64,000 bases of DNA. Source: an uncultured Spirochaetota bacterium (GTDB lineage: Bacteria > Spirochaetota > Spirochaetia > SZUA-6 > Fen-1364). The notes beneath the pieces were generated by a model. That model searched no databases and had not been told where the DNA came from. It saw only the letters and a list, made by a program, of their open reading frames with translations. Location of the stretch: NCBI GenBank assembly GCA_963734545.1, contig CAVTHO010000005.1:576001-640000 (forward strand), read 5' to 3'. The translations under genes and the position numbers were made by a program. This document shows positions 30,497-40,067 of this stretch, piece after piece. Position 1 is the stretch's first letter, and each line of letters starts with the position of its first letter.

Positions 30497-31323
30497 GCCA
30501 ATTTCCTCGCGTCTGAAAGAAACTCTAAAACGTGTCCCGGGGGGCGCCGTCCGTAGCAGCCGTGCAGGATTCTCAAACCCACCCGGGCGGCCCTCGCTGC
30601 CACGCGCCTCAGGGGGACTTCCATGAAAAACGGCGGCCGTCCGAGGGCTCTCAATCTGTAGCGGTTGTCTTCACCGTTGCTCTGCATTCTGTAGCGCACG
30701 TTCATCTGATCCGGATACCTGCGTGCCAGAGACAGGACCCGGGGAATGTGCGCGATGCTGCCGCAGCGAGAGAACCTCTCCCAGAGCTCGCCGTCCATGG
30801 CCAACCGATAGTTACGATCCAGTCCTCCCGCCTGTTCATAGATGCTCCGGCGCCAGAATGTGGATGGCTGAGGTATGTAGTTGTAGGACCAGAGCCAGAT
30901 GAACCTGTGGAATCCGATCTCCTTCTTGTATCCCAGGACCCTGTCGTCTTCGTCGATCCAGACTGCGTCACCATACAGCGCAGCGACGTCTTTTTTCAGG
31001 AGAAACCATTCAGCCACCGCGCGCAGCGTCCCCGGAAGCATGAGGTCGTCGGAACAGAGCCAACCCATGATCTCTCCGGTGGACCGGCGAAACCCCTTGA
31101 TCAACGCATCCGTCTGGCCCGCGTCAGGCTCGCTGACCCACCATGCCAGATGTTCCTGGTAGCGCCGGATGATCTCCCGTGTTCCGTCCGTCGAGCCTCC
31201 GTCGACGACTATGTACTCCAGCGCGGGATAGTCCTGGGCCAGCACGGAACGTATCGCGGCATCGATGAAGCGGCACTGGTTCAGGGAGCAGGTGACAATG
31301 GAAATCTTCGGGAGCTCACGCAT
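30493..31323 (-). CDS. Glycosyltransferase family 2
   Basis: ISIVTCSLNQ, DGGSTD, WLCSDD, IPQPSTFW; paralogue of 27291..28109. Confidence 0.92.
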   Translation of the reverse strand: MRELPKISIVTCSLNQCRFIDAAIRSVLAQDYPALEYIVVDGGSTDGTREIIRRYQEHLAWWVSEPDAGQTDALIKGFRRSTGEIMGWLCSDDLMLPGTLRAVAEWFLLKKDVAALYGDAVWIDEDDRVLGYKKEIGFHRFIWLWSYNYIPQPSTFWRRSIYEQAGGLDRNYRLAMDGELWERFSRCGSIAHIPRVLSLARRYPDQMNVRYRMQSNGEDNRYRLRALGRPPFFMEVPLRRVAARAARVGLRILHGCYGRRPPGHVLEFLSDARKLA

Positions 31324-32671
31324 GCGGCAGCACTCTCACGGCCGCGCCGGGCGTCACTGCCTGCATCCGCAGCTTCTGGACGGCCGATACCACGAGCCAG
31401 AATGTCACCGCGGTGGGGCTGGCAATGATCATTTCTTCCGACACTATGCCGACACTCAGGACGGCAAGCAAGAGCATGAAGGTGGCAAAAATCTCCGGTG
31501 ATTTTCCGGTCTGAAGAAACATTCTGAAACATGTCAGGAAGGTTCCGAGCACGATGAGCAGGAAAAGCAGTCCGCTGGGGACCCCTCCCCCGGCAAGAAC
31601 CTCGATGAAAGCGTTGTGTGCGGTGCCGATGCTGATGGCATAGTTCAGGCCATAGACGCGGGGAGCCGCGTAAAAGCCGAGCCCGATGAGGGGGGATTGT
31701 TTCAGCATGATGGGAACCAGGAATTTCCACCATGGGACCCGCTCGCTCAAAGTGGCCAGAGACCTCGGGTCCCGCACAATCCAATTCACGACCAGCGGCA
31801 GAACCCGGGACACAATGAGCACGAGCAGCAGGACCCCTACGAAGACGAGAAAGCCCCGCACCGCGGATATTCGGGGTCGTCGCATGAGCGCGAGCAGCAG
31901 AAACAGCAGCACGGAGGCGTAGGCGGAACGGGTCATCGAGAATACCAGCAGGGCGGAAAACAACAGCAGTGCCAGTGCGAACACCCATCGGCGCAGGGGA
32001 GGCGCGCAGCTCAGGAGCGCGATCAACCCCGCTGCACCAACGGCCCCGGTGTCGGCGATCAGATCCCCCCGCATGCGTTTTCCTGCCAGGACGAGCTCCG
32101 GGGACACCACCGCGGCCACCGCCAGGACGACGCCCAGAATCACGTACCCCCAGAACAGGGTGTGCAGGGTCTTTTCAATGCCGTACCGCTCGACCCAGAA
32201 GAACCCGAATAAAACCATGATCAGGATCTGGAACACTCGGAAACCCGTCAGCAGGGGGCCGGGTGAAACCGCCATCGAGAGCCCCAGAAGGACGACGAGC
32301 ACCAGACCGGCATAGTGAGGCCAGCGGAAGATCCGAGACCCTCTCCTGCCGGTGTTTCGATTCCTGAACGCTTCCCGAAACACCCACGCGGCACCTATTA
32401 TCCAGACGAAAATGTGAAGCACGACGACCCAATCGATTTCACCCTGGAGGGAAGCGAGCGGATCCCGGGCCCGAATGCGAGGCGGGCCGCTCAGCAGGGC
32501 CATGAAGACAAGCTGGTCAACCGCGGTGGAATCGCTGATGAGAATGGCGATGATCACGCAGGCGGCAAGGGCAACCAGGGACGTAAGGGCCGGAGCGGCA
32601 ATGATTCCAAGGCCGGTCAGGATGGCAAAGAGCACCAACGGCAGAAGGAGAAGGACTCCGCGCTGCGCCAT
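31316..32671 (-). CDS. O-antigen ligase/polymerase (Wzy/WaaL) family membrane protein
   Basis: About 11 TM segments; SMTRSA, SERVPWW, PLIGLGF, AHNAFIEVL Wzy_C motifs. Confidence 0.82.
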   Translation of the reverse strand: MAQRGVLLLLPLVLFAILTGLGIIAAPALTSLVALAACVIIAILISDSTAVDQLVFMALLSGPPRIRARDPLASLQGEIDWVVVLHIFVWIIGAAWVFREAFRNRNTGRRGSRIFRWPHYAGLVLVVLLGLSMAVSPGPLLTGFRVFQILIMVLFGFFWVERYGIEKTLHTLFWGYVILGVVLAVAAVVSPELVLAGKRMRGDLIADTGAVGAAGLIALLSCAPPLRRWVFALALLLFSALLVFSMTRSAYASVLLFLLLALMRRPRISAVRGFLVFVGVLLLVLIVSRVLPLVVNWIVRDPRSLATLSERVPWWKFLVPIMLKQSPLIGLGFYAAPRVYGLNYAISIGTAHNAFIEVLAGGGVPSGLLFLLIVLGTFLTCFRMFLQTGKSPEIFATFMLLLAVLSVGIVSEEMIIASPTAVTFWLVVSAVQKLRMQAVTPGAAVRVLPHA

Positions 32672-32672
32672 C

Positions 32673-33932
32673 TCATTTCCCCAGGCTTTCGTAAATCCTT
32701 GCCATGCGTGCGGCCTTTTCTTCCCAGCAGAAATGTGTCCTCACTCGTCTTCTGCCGGCCTGTCCTTTCCGTCTGGCGATCCCGGTGTGCAAAGCCAGGT
32801 ATTCTAACGCTTCGGTCATTTCTTCCACAATCTGTTCTCCGCTGATTGCCGGGACCTTGATGCCTGTCTCCGCGGTGACGTTCAGGCCCGGTCCGCCGAG
32901 ATCCAGACAGATGACCGGCACGGCCGCCGTCATCGCCTCCAGGCAGACCAGGCTCCCCGAGTCGTGAAAGCCGGGGTGGACCAGCACGTTAAAGGAGGGA
33001 AGCCTTTTCAGGACCTGGTCCCGGCTCAGCGCCCCTTCGAAGCGCACCTTGCCGGATATGCCGAGAACCCGGGACAGCTCTTCGAGGCGGCTTCTTTCCG
33101 GTCCCTCGCCGATAAGGCAATACTCACTGTCCGGATGCATCCTCTGAAACCGGGAATACGCGCGCAGGCCGAAATCGAAGCCCTTTAGATGCAGCAGCTC
33201 TCCGACGCTCAGCAGACGAAACCTGCCATCCATGCGGGGGGCCGCCGGTTTCACGGCCTGGATTTCCTCACGGGTCATGCCGATCTGGGAGAAGAGCTCT
33301 ACCCTGCGGCACCCCAGCAGCCTGAGTCGGGCGCGTGTTTCGGGAGTGGCCGCCAGGGCGATACTCGCCCGGCGGGCGGTCAGACGAACCAGCGGATTGC
33401 ATTCTCCGAGCCGGCGCACCGCGTTGCGAAGCGATTCATGCAGCCGCCCGCGCAGGCTGAAGAGCCGGGTGAGAGACTTCGGGAAGCTTTCCCCTCCGCC
33501 GACCGGGCCCCAGACAAACGGCACGGGAAGCAGGGAGAGCAGGCTGGGCATCCAGTAGTTCACGAACGAGACGTGATGCACCAGGTCGAACCTCACCCTC
33601 CTGTGCAGGCGCCTTCCCAGGATGTACACACCCACCTGCCAGAGGAGGTAGTACAGATGGACGCCCCGTTTCCCTTTCTTCCAGAACCGTGCCCACCGGG
33701 GCAGGTCAAAGTAGATCCAATGCACGTTGGCGAGGGGAGTCGTGCGCAGCGCCTCCGTGATTCGATCCCTGTTGTTGCTTCGCGTGACCAGCCAGATTTC
33801 ATGGAACCGCGACATCTGTCTGGCCTGATTCCATCCCACTCCCGGTTCGGATCCCTTGCCGGGCTCACAGGCGTAGGCGGACATGAGGATTCGCCTGGCC
33901 GCCTTTCTGGAGGAGACGTCCCCTGGTCTCAT
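32673..33932 (-). CDS. Glycosyltransferase family 4
   Basis: MSAYACEPGKGSEPGVGW, WGPVGGGE, HDSGSLVCLEAM; start ATG 33932 overlaps the upstream stop. Confidence 0.88.
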   Translation of the reverse strand: MRPGDVSSRKAARRILMSAYACEPGKGSEPGVGWNQARQMSRFHEIWLVTRSNNRDRITEALRTTPLANVHWIYFDLPRWARFWKKGKRGVHLYYLLWQVGVYILGRRLHRRVRFDLVHHVSFVNYWMPSLLSLLPVPFVWGPVGGGESFPKSLTRLFSLRGRLHESLRNAVRRLGECNPLVRLTARRASIALAATPETRARLRLLGCRRVELFSQIGMTREEIQAVKPAAPRMDGRFRLLSVGELLHLKGFDFGLRAYSRFQRMHPDSEYCLIGEGPERSRLEELSRVLGISGKVRFEGALSRDQVLKRLPSFNVLVHPGFHDSGSLVCLEAMTAAVPVICLDLGGPGLNVTAETGIKVPAISGEQIVEEMTEALEYLALHTGIARRKGQAGRRRVRTHFCWEEKAARMARIYESLGK

Positions 33933-35239
33933 TGCGAGCGCGCCCGTTCTTCCTGCTTCCGCACCGATTCGTCCATCAAACCCGTCAGTCGGGCGAGCGC
34001 TTCCGCCGCATGTGCCGTGAGGGGTTGATTGTCCTGCGCCCACAGCTGAGCCCAGAGACTGTAGTGATCGCACAGATAGGCGGCATAGAGGGCGGGGATC
34101 AACCGCGGGGAGATGCCCAGAGCCTCGAAGTAGGCACGGCATTCCCGCTGCGCCGTAGAGGCGACATCCACCCGGCGAATGCCCTGTCCAGCGGCCTGGC
34201 TCAGGAAATGGAATATGTCCCATCCGGGGATACTGTCCCTGTCGGCGTACTCGACATCGATGCAGGTGATGCGACGCGCCTCCTTTTCGATGCCCGTGTT
34301 CCACGGGGTAAAATCCCCCAGGCGCCATACCCAGGGGATGTCGATCGAGTCCAGAGCGGAAGTCAGGAAGTCGAGGGCCTTTTCGAGTATGAGAGAGTGA
34401 GCTGAGGGGATGACACCTCTCAGGCCGCTCGCCCTCACACGCAACCTCGAAAAGAAGGCACTTTCCTTGAAACGTCCCCTCACCTGGCTGATGCCGGCAA
34501 CTTCGATCAGGAATTGGATGTGTAAAGGCGTCAACTGCCGGTCCTTCCTCCGCCCCCCCTGGAGCGGGAGAGGATCCGTTACCAGGACACATCGGTCGTT
34601 CCATCTGGCAAAGTGCCTGGCCCCGGGAAACCGGCCGAACTTCAGGGGACGAGCGGCAAGGGCCTCCAGGCTGCGCTTCTCATTCTCGACCAGCGACACG
34701 GTCCGCCCATTCCAGCCTATCTTGGCGAACCCGAGCGGCTGGCCCTGCCGCGACAGGATGGCAATGACAGGTTTTCTGACCGGACCCGGCGCGCCAAAAT
34801 GGATGCCAAACACAACATCGTCCTGACCGAACACCTCGCGCAGGTAGTCCAGAAGGAACCCGGGGCCGCCGTCATTTTTCGGCGAGCGGGTGTGGACCAG
34901 GGCGCCGGCCCCCTGCAGAACGCGTCGCGCCACTCCCACCCGCAGGCCAAGGATCAGCAGCTCGCGCGAGATCCGGGGACCGATTTTCTGGGGGTTATAC
35001 AGGCACAGGGAGCCGATGCCTGCGGCCGCGGAGTCCAGTGGAATCAGCAGGATCCTGCCGTCCCTGAGGGCAAGCCAGCCGAGGAGCGGGAGCGGTCCCG
35101 GCGCGTCGGTCCGGGAAAAGCCGTCACCCGGGGAAATGCGGTCTCCCACGCTGAAAACGGAGTTCAGCCACTCGAGCGAGCCCATCTGCACAGGGTGGGA
35201 GCGAACAGGGGATGGCCGGCGGTTGCCTGTCCGCATCAT
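33929..35239 (-). CDS. Aminoglycoside-phosphotransferase/choline-kinase-like protein
   Basis: GFAKIG..ENE (K/E pair), LGDFTPWN catalytic loop, IDVE, GWDIFHF. Confidence 0.65.
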   Translation of the reverse strand: MMRTGNRRPSPVRSHPVQMGSLEWLNSVFSVGDRISPGDGFSRTDAPGPLPLLGWLALRDGRILLIPLDSAAAGIGSLCLYNPQKIGPRISRELLILGLRVGVARRVLQGAGALVHTRSPKNDGGPGFLLDYLREVFGQDDVVFGIHFGAPGPVRKPVIAILSRQGQPLGFAKIGWNGRTVSLVENEKRSLEALAARPLKFGRFPGARHFARWNDRCVLVTDPLPLQGGRRKDRQLTPLHIQFLIEVAGISQVRGRFKESAFFSRLRVRASGLRGVIPSAHSLILEKALDFLTSALDSIDIPWVWRLGDFTPWNTGIEKEARRITCIDVEYADRDSIPGWDIFHFLSQAAGQGIRRVDVASTAQRECRAYFEALGISPRLIPALYAAYLCDHYSLWAQLWAQDNQPLTAHAAEALARLTGLMDESVRKQEERARSQ

Positions 35240-36558
35240 GGCTTCTCCCTCCGCGCCACGAGGCTCCGGAAGAGAAATAACATCATCGCAGCGGCAGCCA
35301 TTGATGACAACAGCAATCCCCACAGAGCCCCGGCCGTCCCGAGCTTCCTCGCAAGGAAGATCCCTGCCCCGATAGTGACCCCGCTGGACACAAGATAGCT
35401 CCAGAATACCTTGTCCGGACGCTCCAGGACTCGCAGCGCGGCCCCCCACACCGCCGTGAAGCTGGCAATGAATGCCAGCAGGCCGACCAGTGGTACCAGA
35501 GGCACGACATCAAGGTACCTGCCTCCATACAGGATTCTCACTATGTCGCTTCGAAACGCAACGAGGCCCAGGTAGTACAGGCCGGCGCCTGCCAGGAACA
35601 GCACCAGAAAGACCTCGATGGTGCGCGTCATTCGCCGTCTTCCCTCATTGAGGCCGCGCGAGAGAAGGGGCACCAGCAGAAGGGAAAGCGCGCTGATCGA
35701 ATTGCCGACAGGCAGGACAAGGTTGGTGAGCGCGCGCAGATCGGCTACTCCTTCCAGGCCGGCCCAGACAGGGAGCAGGGTGAAGTAGATGTTCCCCGGG
35801 ATCCAGATCAGGACCGCAGACCCGACCGCCCAACGGGAATACTTCCAGTGTTCCCCGATCACTTCGGCGGCACGGGGGCCGCCGGCAGCCCGCCACTGCG
35901 GCCGAAGAAGCCTCGAGAGAAGCAGGGTCGCAGGCAGGCCGCTCCAGCCCATGGCCAGAAAGGCCATAGCGGGAGAAATCCTGTTTGCCATGCGCAGGAA
36001 AAACAGGCTTCCGAGCAGCAGGACAATGTAGGAGGCCCCCCCCAGCACGGCCCATTCCGGCTTCAGGCTCACGTAGAAAGCCCGCTTGAGCAGCCACAAC
36101 AGGAGCATGAAAGGGCCGGAGAACGCCAGCGCCGCCAGGGCGAATTGTACCTCCGCCGAGTAGGCGCGGCCGAGAAGAACAGAAGCGCCCAGCAGCAGGA
36201 GGCAGATCGGCGCCATGACCGCGAAATGCCCGAGGGTGAGAAGGCCGATGTACCTCTTGAACCGCGTTGCATACCTGCCGGCCCCGAAGACCAGCATGGG
36301 CTCGCTGAATACGGCTGTATGAAAGGTTCCGAAGAGCAGGAATACCGAATAGGCCACGGCAAAGGCCCCGTACTGGACGGGAGGCAGCCAGCGGGCCAGG
36401 AGGAGGTTGACGACGAAGTTGGCCCCGGCGAGCATTGCCTGGTCGGCGATGCTCGATCCCCCTTTGATGAGCCAGCGGCGCGCCGAGGTGAAACGCCGGC
36501 TGATCCCCCTCGGACTACCTACCAACCTGGCGACGCGGGATCCTTTCTGGTGAACCAT
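35236..36558 (-). CDS. wzx: Polysaccharide flippase (Wzx/MATE-like)
   Basis: DQAMLAGANFVVNLLLARWLPPVQYGAF; about 12 TM segments. Confidence 0.8.
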   Translation of the reverse strand: MVHQKGSRVARLVGSPRGISRRFTSARRWLIKGGSSIADQAMLAGANFVVNLLLARWLPPVQYGAFAVAYSVFLLFGTFHTAVFSEPMLVFGAGRYATRFKRYIGLLTLGHFAVMAPICLLLLGASVLLGRAYSAEVQFALAALAFSGPFMLLLWLLKRAFYVSLKPEWAVLGGASYIVLLLGSLFFLRMANRISPAMAFLAMGWSGLPATLLLSRLLRPQWRAAGGPRAAEVIGEHWKYSRWAVGSAVLIWIPGNIYFTLLPVWAGLEGVADLRALTNLVLPVGNSISALSLLLVPLLSRGLNEGRRRMTRTIEVFLVLFLAGAGLYYLGLVAFRSDIVRILYGGRYLDVVPLVPLVGLLAFIASFTAVWGAALRVLERPDKVFWSYLVSSGVTIGAGIFLARKLGTAGALWGLLLSSMAAAAMMLFLFRSLVARREKP

Positions 36559-36576
36559 TGCAGGTCGTCCGGTTCG

Positions 36577-38715
36577 TCATTTCTGAGGTTCATGGCCCCG
36601 ATAGTAGTAGCCATAGCCGTATCCCGAGTCGCTCTTTTCAATCCCGTTGAGCACTCCGCCGAGGATCGTGACCCGCGTATGATCGAGGATTTCTGACATT
36701 CTCCTGACCGCGCGCCGGTCGATCTTCCCCTTTCGGAGAACCACAAGCGCCCCGTCGACATAGGACGCCAGGAGCACGGCGTCCGTGGCGCCCAGGACGG
36801 GTGGGCCGTCGAAGATGATACGGTCAAAGCTTCCCCGCAGCTCCTCGACCAGCTGCCGCATGCGGGCGGAGCCGGTGACCTCCGCCGGGTTCGGCGGGAT
36901 GCGTCCCGCGGTGATCACGCTCAGGTTCGGAAGCCCTTCCACCTCTCGAACGACGGAGCGGACGCTCAGGTGGTCCACGAGGATATCGGTGAAGCCGGGG
37001 GTCTGGGGGAGGAGGAGGACACGGTGCACCGCCGGCGCGCGAAAGTCGGCGTCGATGATCAGGACCCGTTCTTCCTGCATGGCGAGGGCCGCCGCGAGAT
37101 TCACGGCGACAACCGTCTTTCCTTCTCCCGGGACGGCGCTCGTCACGGCAATGGTCTTCAACCCCTTGTCAAGCTCGATGAAAAAGAGATTGGTGCGCAG
37201 CAGACGGAACGCCTCCGATATGGGAGACCGCGGCTCGTCCCGGTTGAACAGCGGATGCGGGGGAAGAAGCTCCCGCGTCTTCTTCGTGATGACGCGGCCG
37301 TTCTGGTGGAATCGGGGGATGTATCCGAGAAGCGGGACCGCCAGCAGCTTCTTGATCTCCTCCTCGCTGGTCACAATCGTGTCGAAGCGTTCCAGGAGGA
37401 ACGCGAAGCAGAGCCCCAGGACAACGCTCAGCAGGAACCCGATGACGAAATTCTCCTCCTTTCTCGGGCTCACCGGGCGCACCGGCGTGACGGCAGGATC
37501 GATCACCTCGATGTTGCCGAGCTGGCTGATCGCCTCTATCTGCGCCTCGTTCTTGGACTTCACCAGCTCGGAATACAGGTCATCATTGATCCTGCGCGTG
37601 CGCTCGAGCCGCGCGAGGCTGATGTCCTGCGCAGAGAGCGTGTTGACGTCCGACTCGTTGGCATCGATCAGCCCCCGGAATGCCTCCTCCTGGGCCGCCA
37701 GTATGATGTCCTGGTACCGATAGTCCGCGATCTGCAGCTGAACAACGGAGTTGACCGACCGGGGCGCCGCCTGCCCGACCGTTTTCTCCATCTCCGACTG
37801 GATCTCCCTCTTCAATGACTCCGCGCTTGCGCGGAGTCCGGCCTCCGCCGGGTCCCCGGGGACGAGCTGCGCCAGTCGTCTCTCCGCCTCGGTCAGCCGG
37901 CCCCGCAGGGCTGTCACCGCGGCGCTGAGAGGCGTTCCCGCCTGGGCGGCGTCGGGGGGGGCAAGACGCATTGCGGCGGCCGTGCGGGTGGCGAGGATCT
38001 GCCTCTCCAGTTTTGCCTGCTCGTAACGGCTCTCCAGATCGGACAGCCGGTTCAGCTTGAGCCGTGCCTCCTCCGAGATGTCAGCGATGCGGTGGGACTG
38101 CTTGTAGCGCAGCAGGTCTTCCTCAGCCTTGTCCAGCCTGGCGTTGACCTGGTTCACCTGATCGGAAACGAAGGCGAGCACGGCGTTGGCTTCGCTCCTC
38201 TTTGACCCCACGTTCCGGTCGATGAAAGCCCTCGAGATCGCACTGGCGGTTCTCATCGCCATCACAGGGTCCGGAGAGCGGACGGAGACCTTGATGAGGA
38301 GCGTGTTGGGGACATTCGAGACGGCGAGCTGCTTCCGCAGTCTTTCGATCGTCAGCTCGAGCCTCTCGCCTTCCGAGAGACCTTTCTCCGTGACCAGGAC
38401 ATCTTCCAGACCGAGCTGGCCGCTGATCTCCTCCAGGAGGCTGCGGCTCTTGAGGATCTCCATCTGCGTGTTGATTTCCTCCAGAGGCGTCAGGTCGGAG
38501 AAACCCGTTACGGAGGGGTTGCCTCCCAGGAGCGAGGGGATCTGTTCCTTGATATACAGGGTGGCGGAGGCTTCATAGACCCGCGGGGAAAAATGGTTGA
38601 AGAAGAACACTGCAAGCAGGGCCGCGACCACGGTCAGTCCGACCACCCATTTCCGGTGCCAGACGACCTTCCAGTATTCCTCGAGTCTCCGGCCGTCCCT
38701 GGCCGTTTCTCCCAT
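36577..38715 (-). CDS. wzc: Polysaccharide co-polymerase/tyrosine autokinase (Wzc), copy 2
   Basis: VWHRKW, EILKSRS, VIDPA, SEAFRLLRTNL, PGEGKT, DADFR, PPNPAE; Tyr cluster GYGYGYYY; ORF open from 38766. Confidence 0.92.
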   Translation of the reverse strand: MGETARDGRRLEEYWKVVWHRKWVVGLTVVAALLAVFFFNHFSPRVYEASATLYIKEQIPSLLGGNPSVTGFSDLTPLEEINTQMEILKSRSLLEEISGQLGLEDVLVTEKGLSEGERLELTIERLRKQLAVSNVPNTLLIKVSVRSPDPVMAMRTASAISRAFIDRNVGSKRSEANAVLAFVSDQVNQVNARLDKAEEDLLRYKQSHRIADISEEARLKLNRLSDLESRYEQAKLERQILATRTAAAMRLAPPDAAQAGTPLSAAVTALRGRLTEAERRLAQLVPGDPAEAGLRASAESLKREIQSEMEKTVGQAAPRSVNSVVQLQIADYRYQDIILAAQEEAFRGLIDANESDVNTLSAQDISLARLERTRRINDDLYSELVKSKNEAQIEAISQLGNIEVIDPAVTPVRPVSPRKEENFVIGFLLSVVLGLCFAFLLERFDTIVTSEEEIKKLLAVPLLGYIPRFHQNGRVITKKTRELLPPHPLFNRDEPRSPISEAFRLLRTNLFFIELDKGLKTIAVTSAVPGEGKTVVAVNLAAALAMQEERVLIIDADFRAPAVHRVLLLPQTPGFTDILVDHLSVRSVVREVEGLPNLSVITAGRIPPNPAEVTGSARMRQLVEELRGSFDRIIFDGPPVLGATDAVLLASYVDGALVVLRKGKIDRRAVRRMSEILDHTRVTILGGVLNGIEKSDSGYGYGYYYRGHEPQK

Positions 38716-38847
38716 GCCCCGCTCGCTTCTCACGGTACCCTCTTGCTCCCGGTGTGCGCCGCGCACCGCACGAGCGCCGTTGCTGTTCGTGCTTTCCTGG
38801 CTCTGCGATTCCGCATCATGGTTTCACTCCGGGCCGCGGCGGGCGCT

Positions 38848-39957
38848 TCAGGTGTGGAATCTGACGCCTGCCATGTATCCGTAGACAGGGGTCGTCCATG
38901 GCTGTGTCGACAGCTCCCGGCCGAATACCGCTACATCGATCGTGAAGAAAGAGAGATCGATCGAAAGCCCGCCGCTGGGAAGGAGCTGGTAGAAGCCCGC
39001 CCGAAGCTTCACGACCTTCAGCAGCGTAATCTCCATGCCCAGTCCGATGTGGAGCAGGGGATTGCGGGCCTGGGCCGGGTAGATGACGAAATCGAAGATA
39101 TCGTTGTAGTCGGCCAGGATGGTGAAACCGTCGACGTACGAGGTGAACGACTTGATCGGCGGGTTCCACCGCATGCCGATCGAGATGTCCATGGGGAGCG
39201 GCGACGCGCTGGTCTGGATGGGCGCCGCATCATTCTGATAGTCGCGGAGCGTGCTGTACGTCTTCAGTGACCTGATGGCGAGATTGCGCCCCGCAATCCC
39301 GACGGAAAGCGTGTTGTTCCAGTTGTACAGGACACCGAACTCTGCGCTCACCCCTGCCGCCATGGTGAAGCGCTCGTCGATGATGAAATCCCAGGCGGAA
39401 ATAGTGGATGCGACCAGCTCGCGCAGGTCCTGTCTGGTTTCACTGCGTGCCGCCAGGAAAATGGGAATCGAGAAGCCCACATCCAGAGTGCTCTGCCAGT
39501 CGTCAGGCAGAGGGATGCGAAATGCATATCCGGTGATCATGATCAGGTTTTGCGTGACGGCGGCGTTGCCATTGGGAGGGGGACCCATGACCCGGGACAG
39601 GATGTTGGTGTTTGAAAAAAGGCCAAAGCCGAGTCCGTTGCCCACATATGCAATGGAAAGAGGGCCGAAGAGGTCATACGTCGATTTTTCGACCCCCGGG
39701 TCATTCGGCCCGTTGTAAAGGCTCACATTGACGGTCCCGATCGAAAGGTTCGGCTCCACGGAACGGAAGCCGGCGGGATTGCTCTGGAGCGTGGAGATGT
39801 CATCCGCCTGCGCCGCGTGGTTGCCGCCCAGCGCGGCTTCACGGGCGGAAAAAGGAACCTGGAAGAGGTCAAAGAAAGCCCCGTCCCATGCAAATAGCTG
39901 CAGGGGTCCGCCCAGCGCGAGGATGATCAGGGAGAGCAGAATGATCCGTTTTTTCAT
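38848..39957 (-). CDS. FadL/PorV/UPF0164-like outer-membrane beta-barrel
   Basis: Signal peptide MKKRIILLSLIIL; SAREAALGG..NPAG plug motif; ends YMAGVRFHT. Confidence 0.65.
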   Translation of the reverse strand: MKKRIILLSLIILALGGPLQLFAWDGAFFDLFQVPFSAREAALGGNHAAQADDISTLQSNPAGFRSVEPNLSIGTVNVSLYNGPNDPGVEKSTYDLFGPLSIAYVGNGLGFGLFSNTNILSRVMGPPPNGNAAVTQNLIMITGYAFRIPLPDDWQSTLDVGFSIPIFLAARSETRQDLRELVASTISAWDFIIDERFTMAAGVSAEFGVLYNWNNTLSVGIAGRNLAIRSLKTYSTLRDYQNDAAPIQTSASPLPMDISIGMRWNPPIKSFTSYVDGFTILADYNDIFDFVIYPAQARNPLLHIGLGMEITLLKVVKLRAGFYQLLPSGGLSIDLSFFTIDVAVFGRELSTQPWTTPVYGYMAGVRFHT

Positions 39958-40067
39958 CGGGCTCCTGGTTTGCAAATACAGTCTATCACAATTGTCGACA
40001 TTTAAAAGCTTTCCGGCGACAGCCGGTGCTCCCCTGCGACTACGGCGGAACAAGGGCAGCAGTCCGC

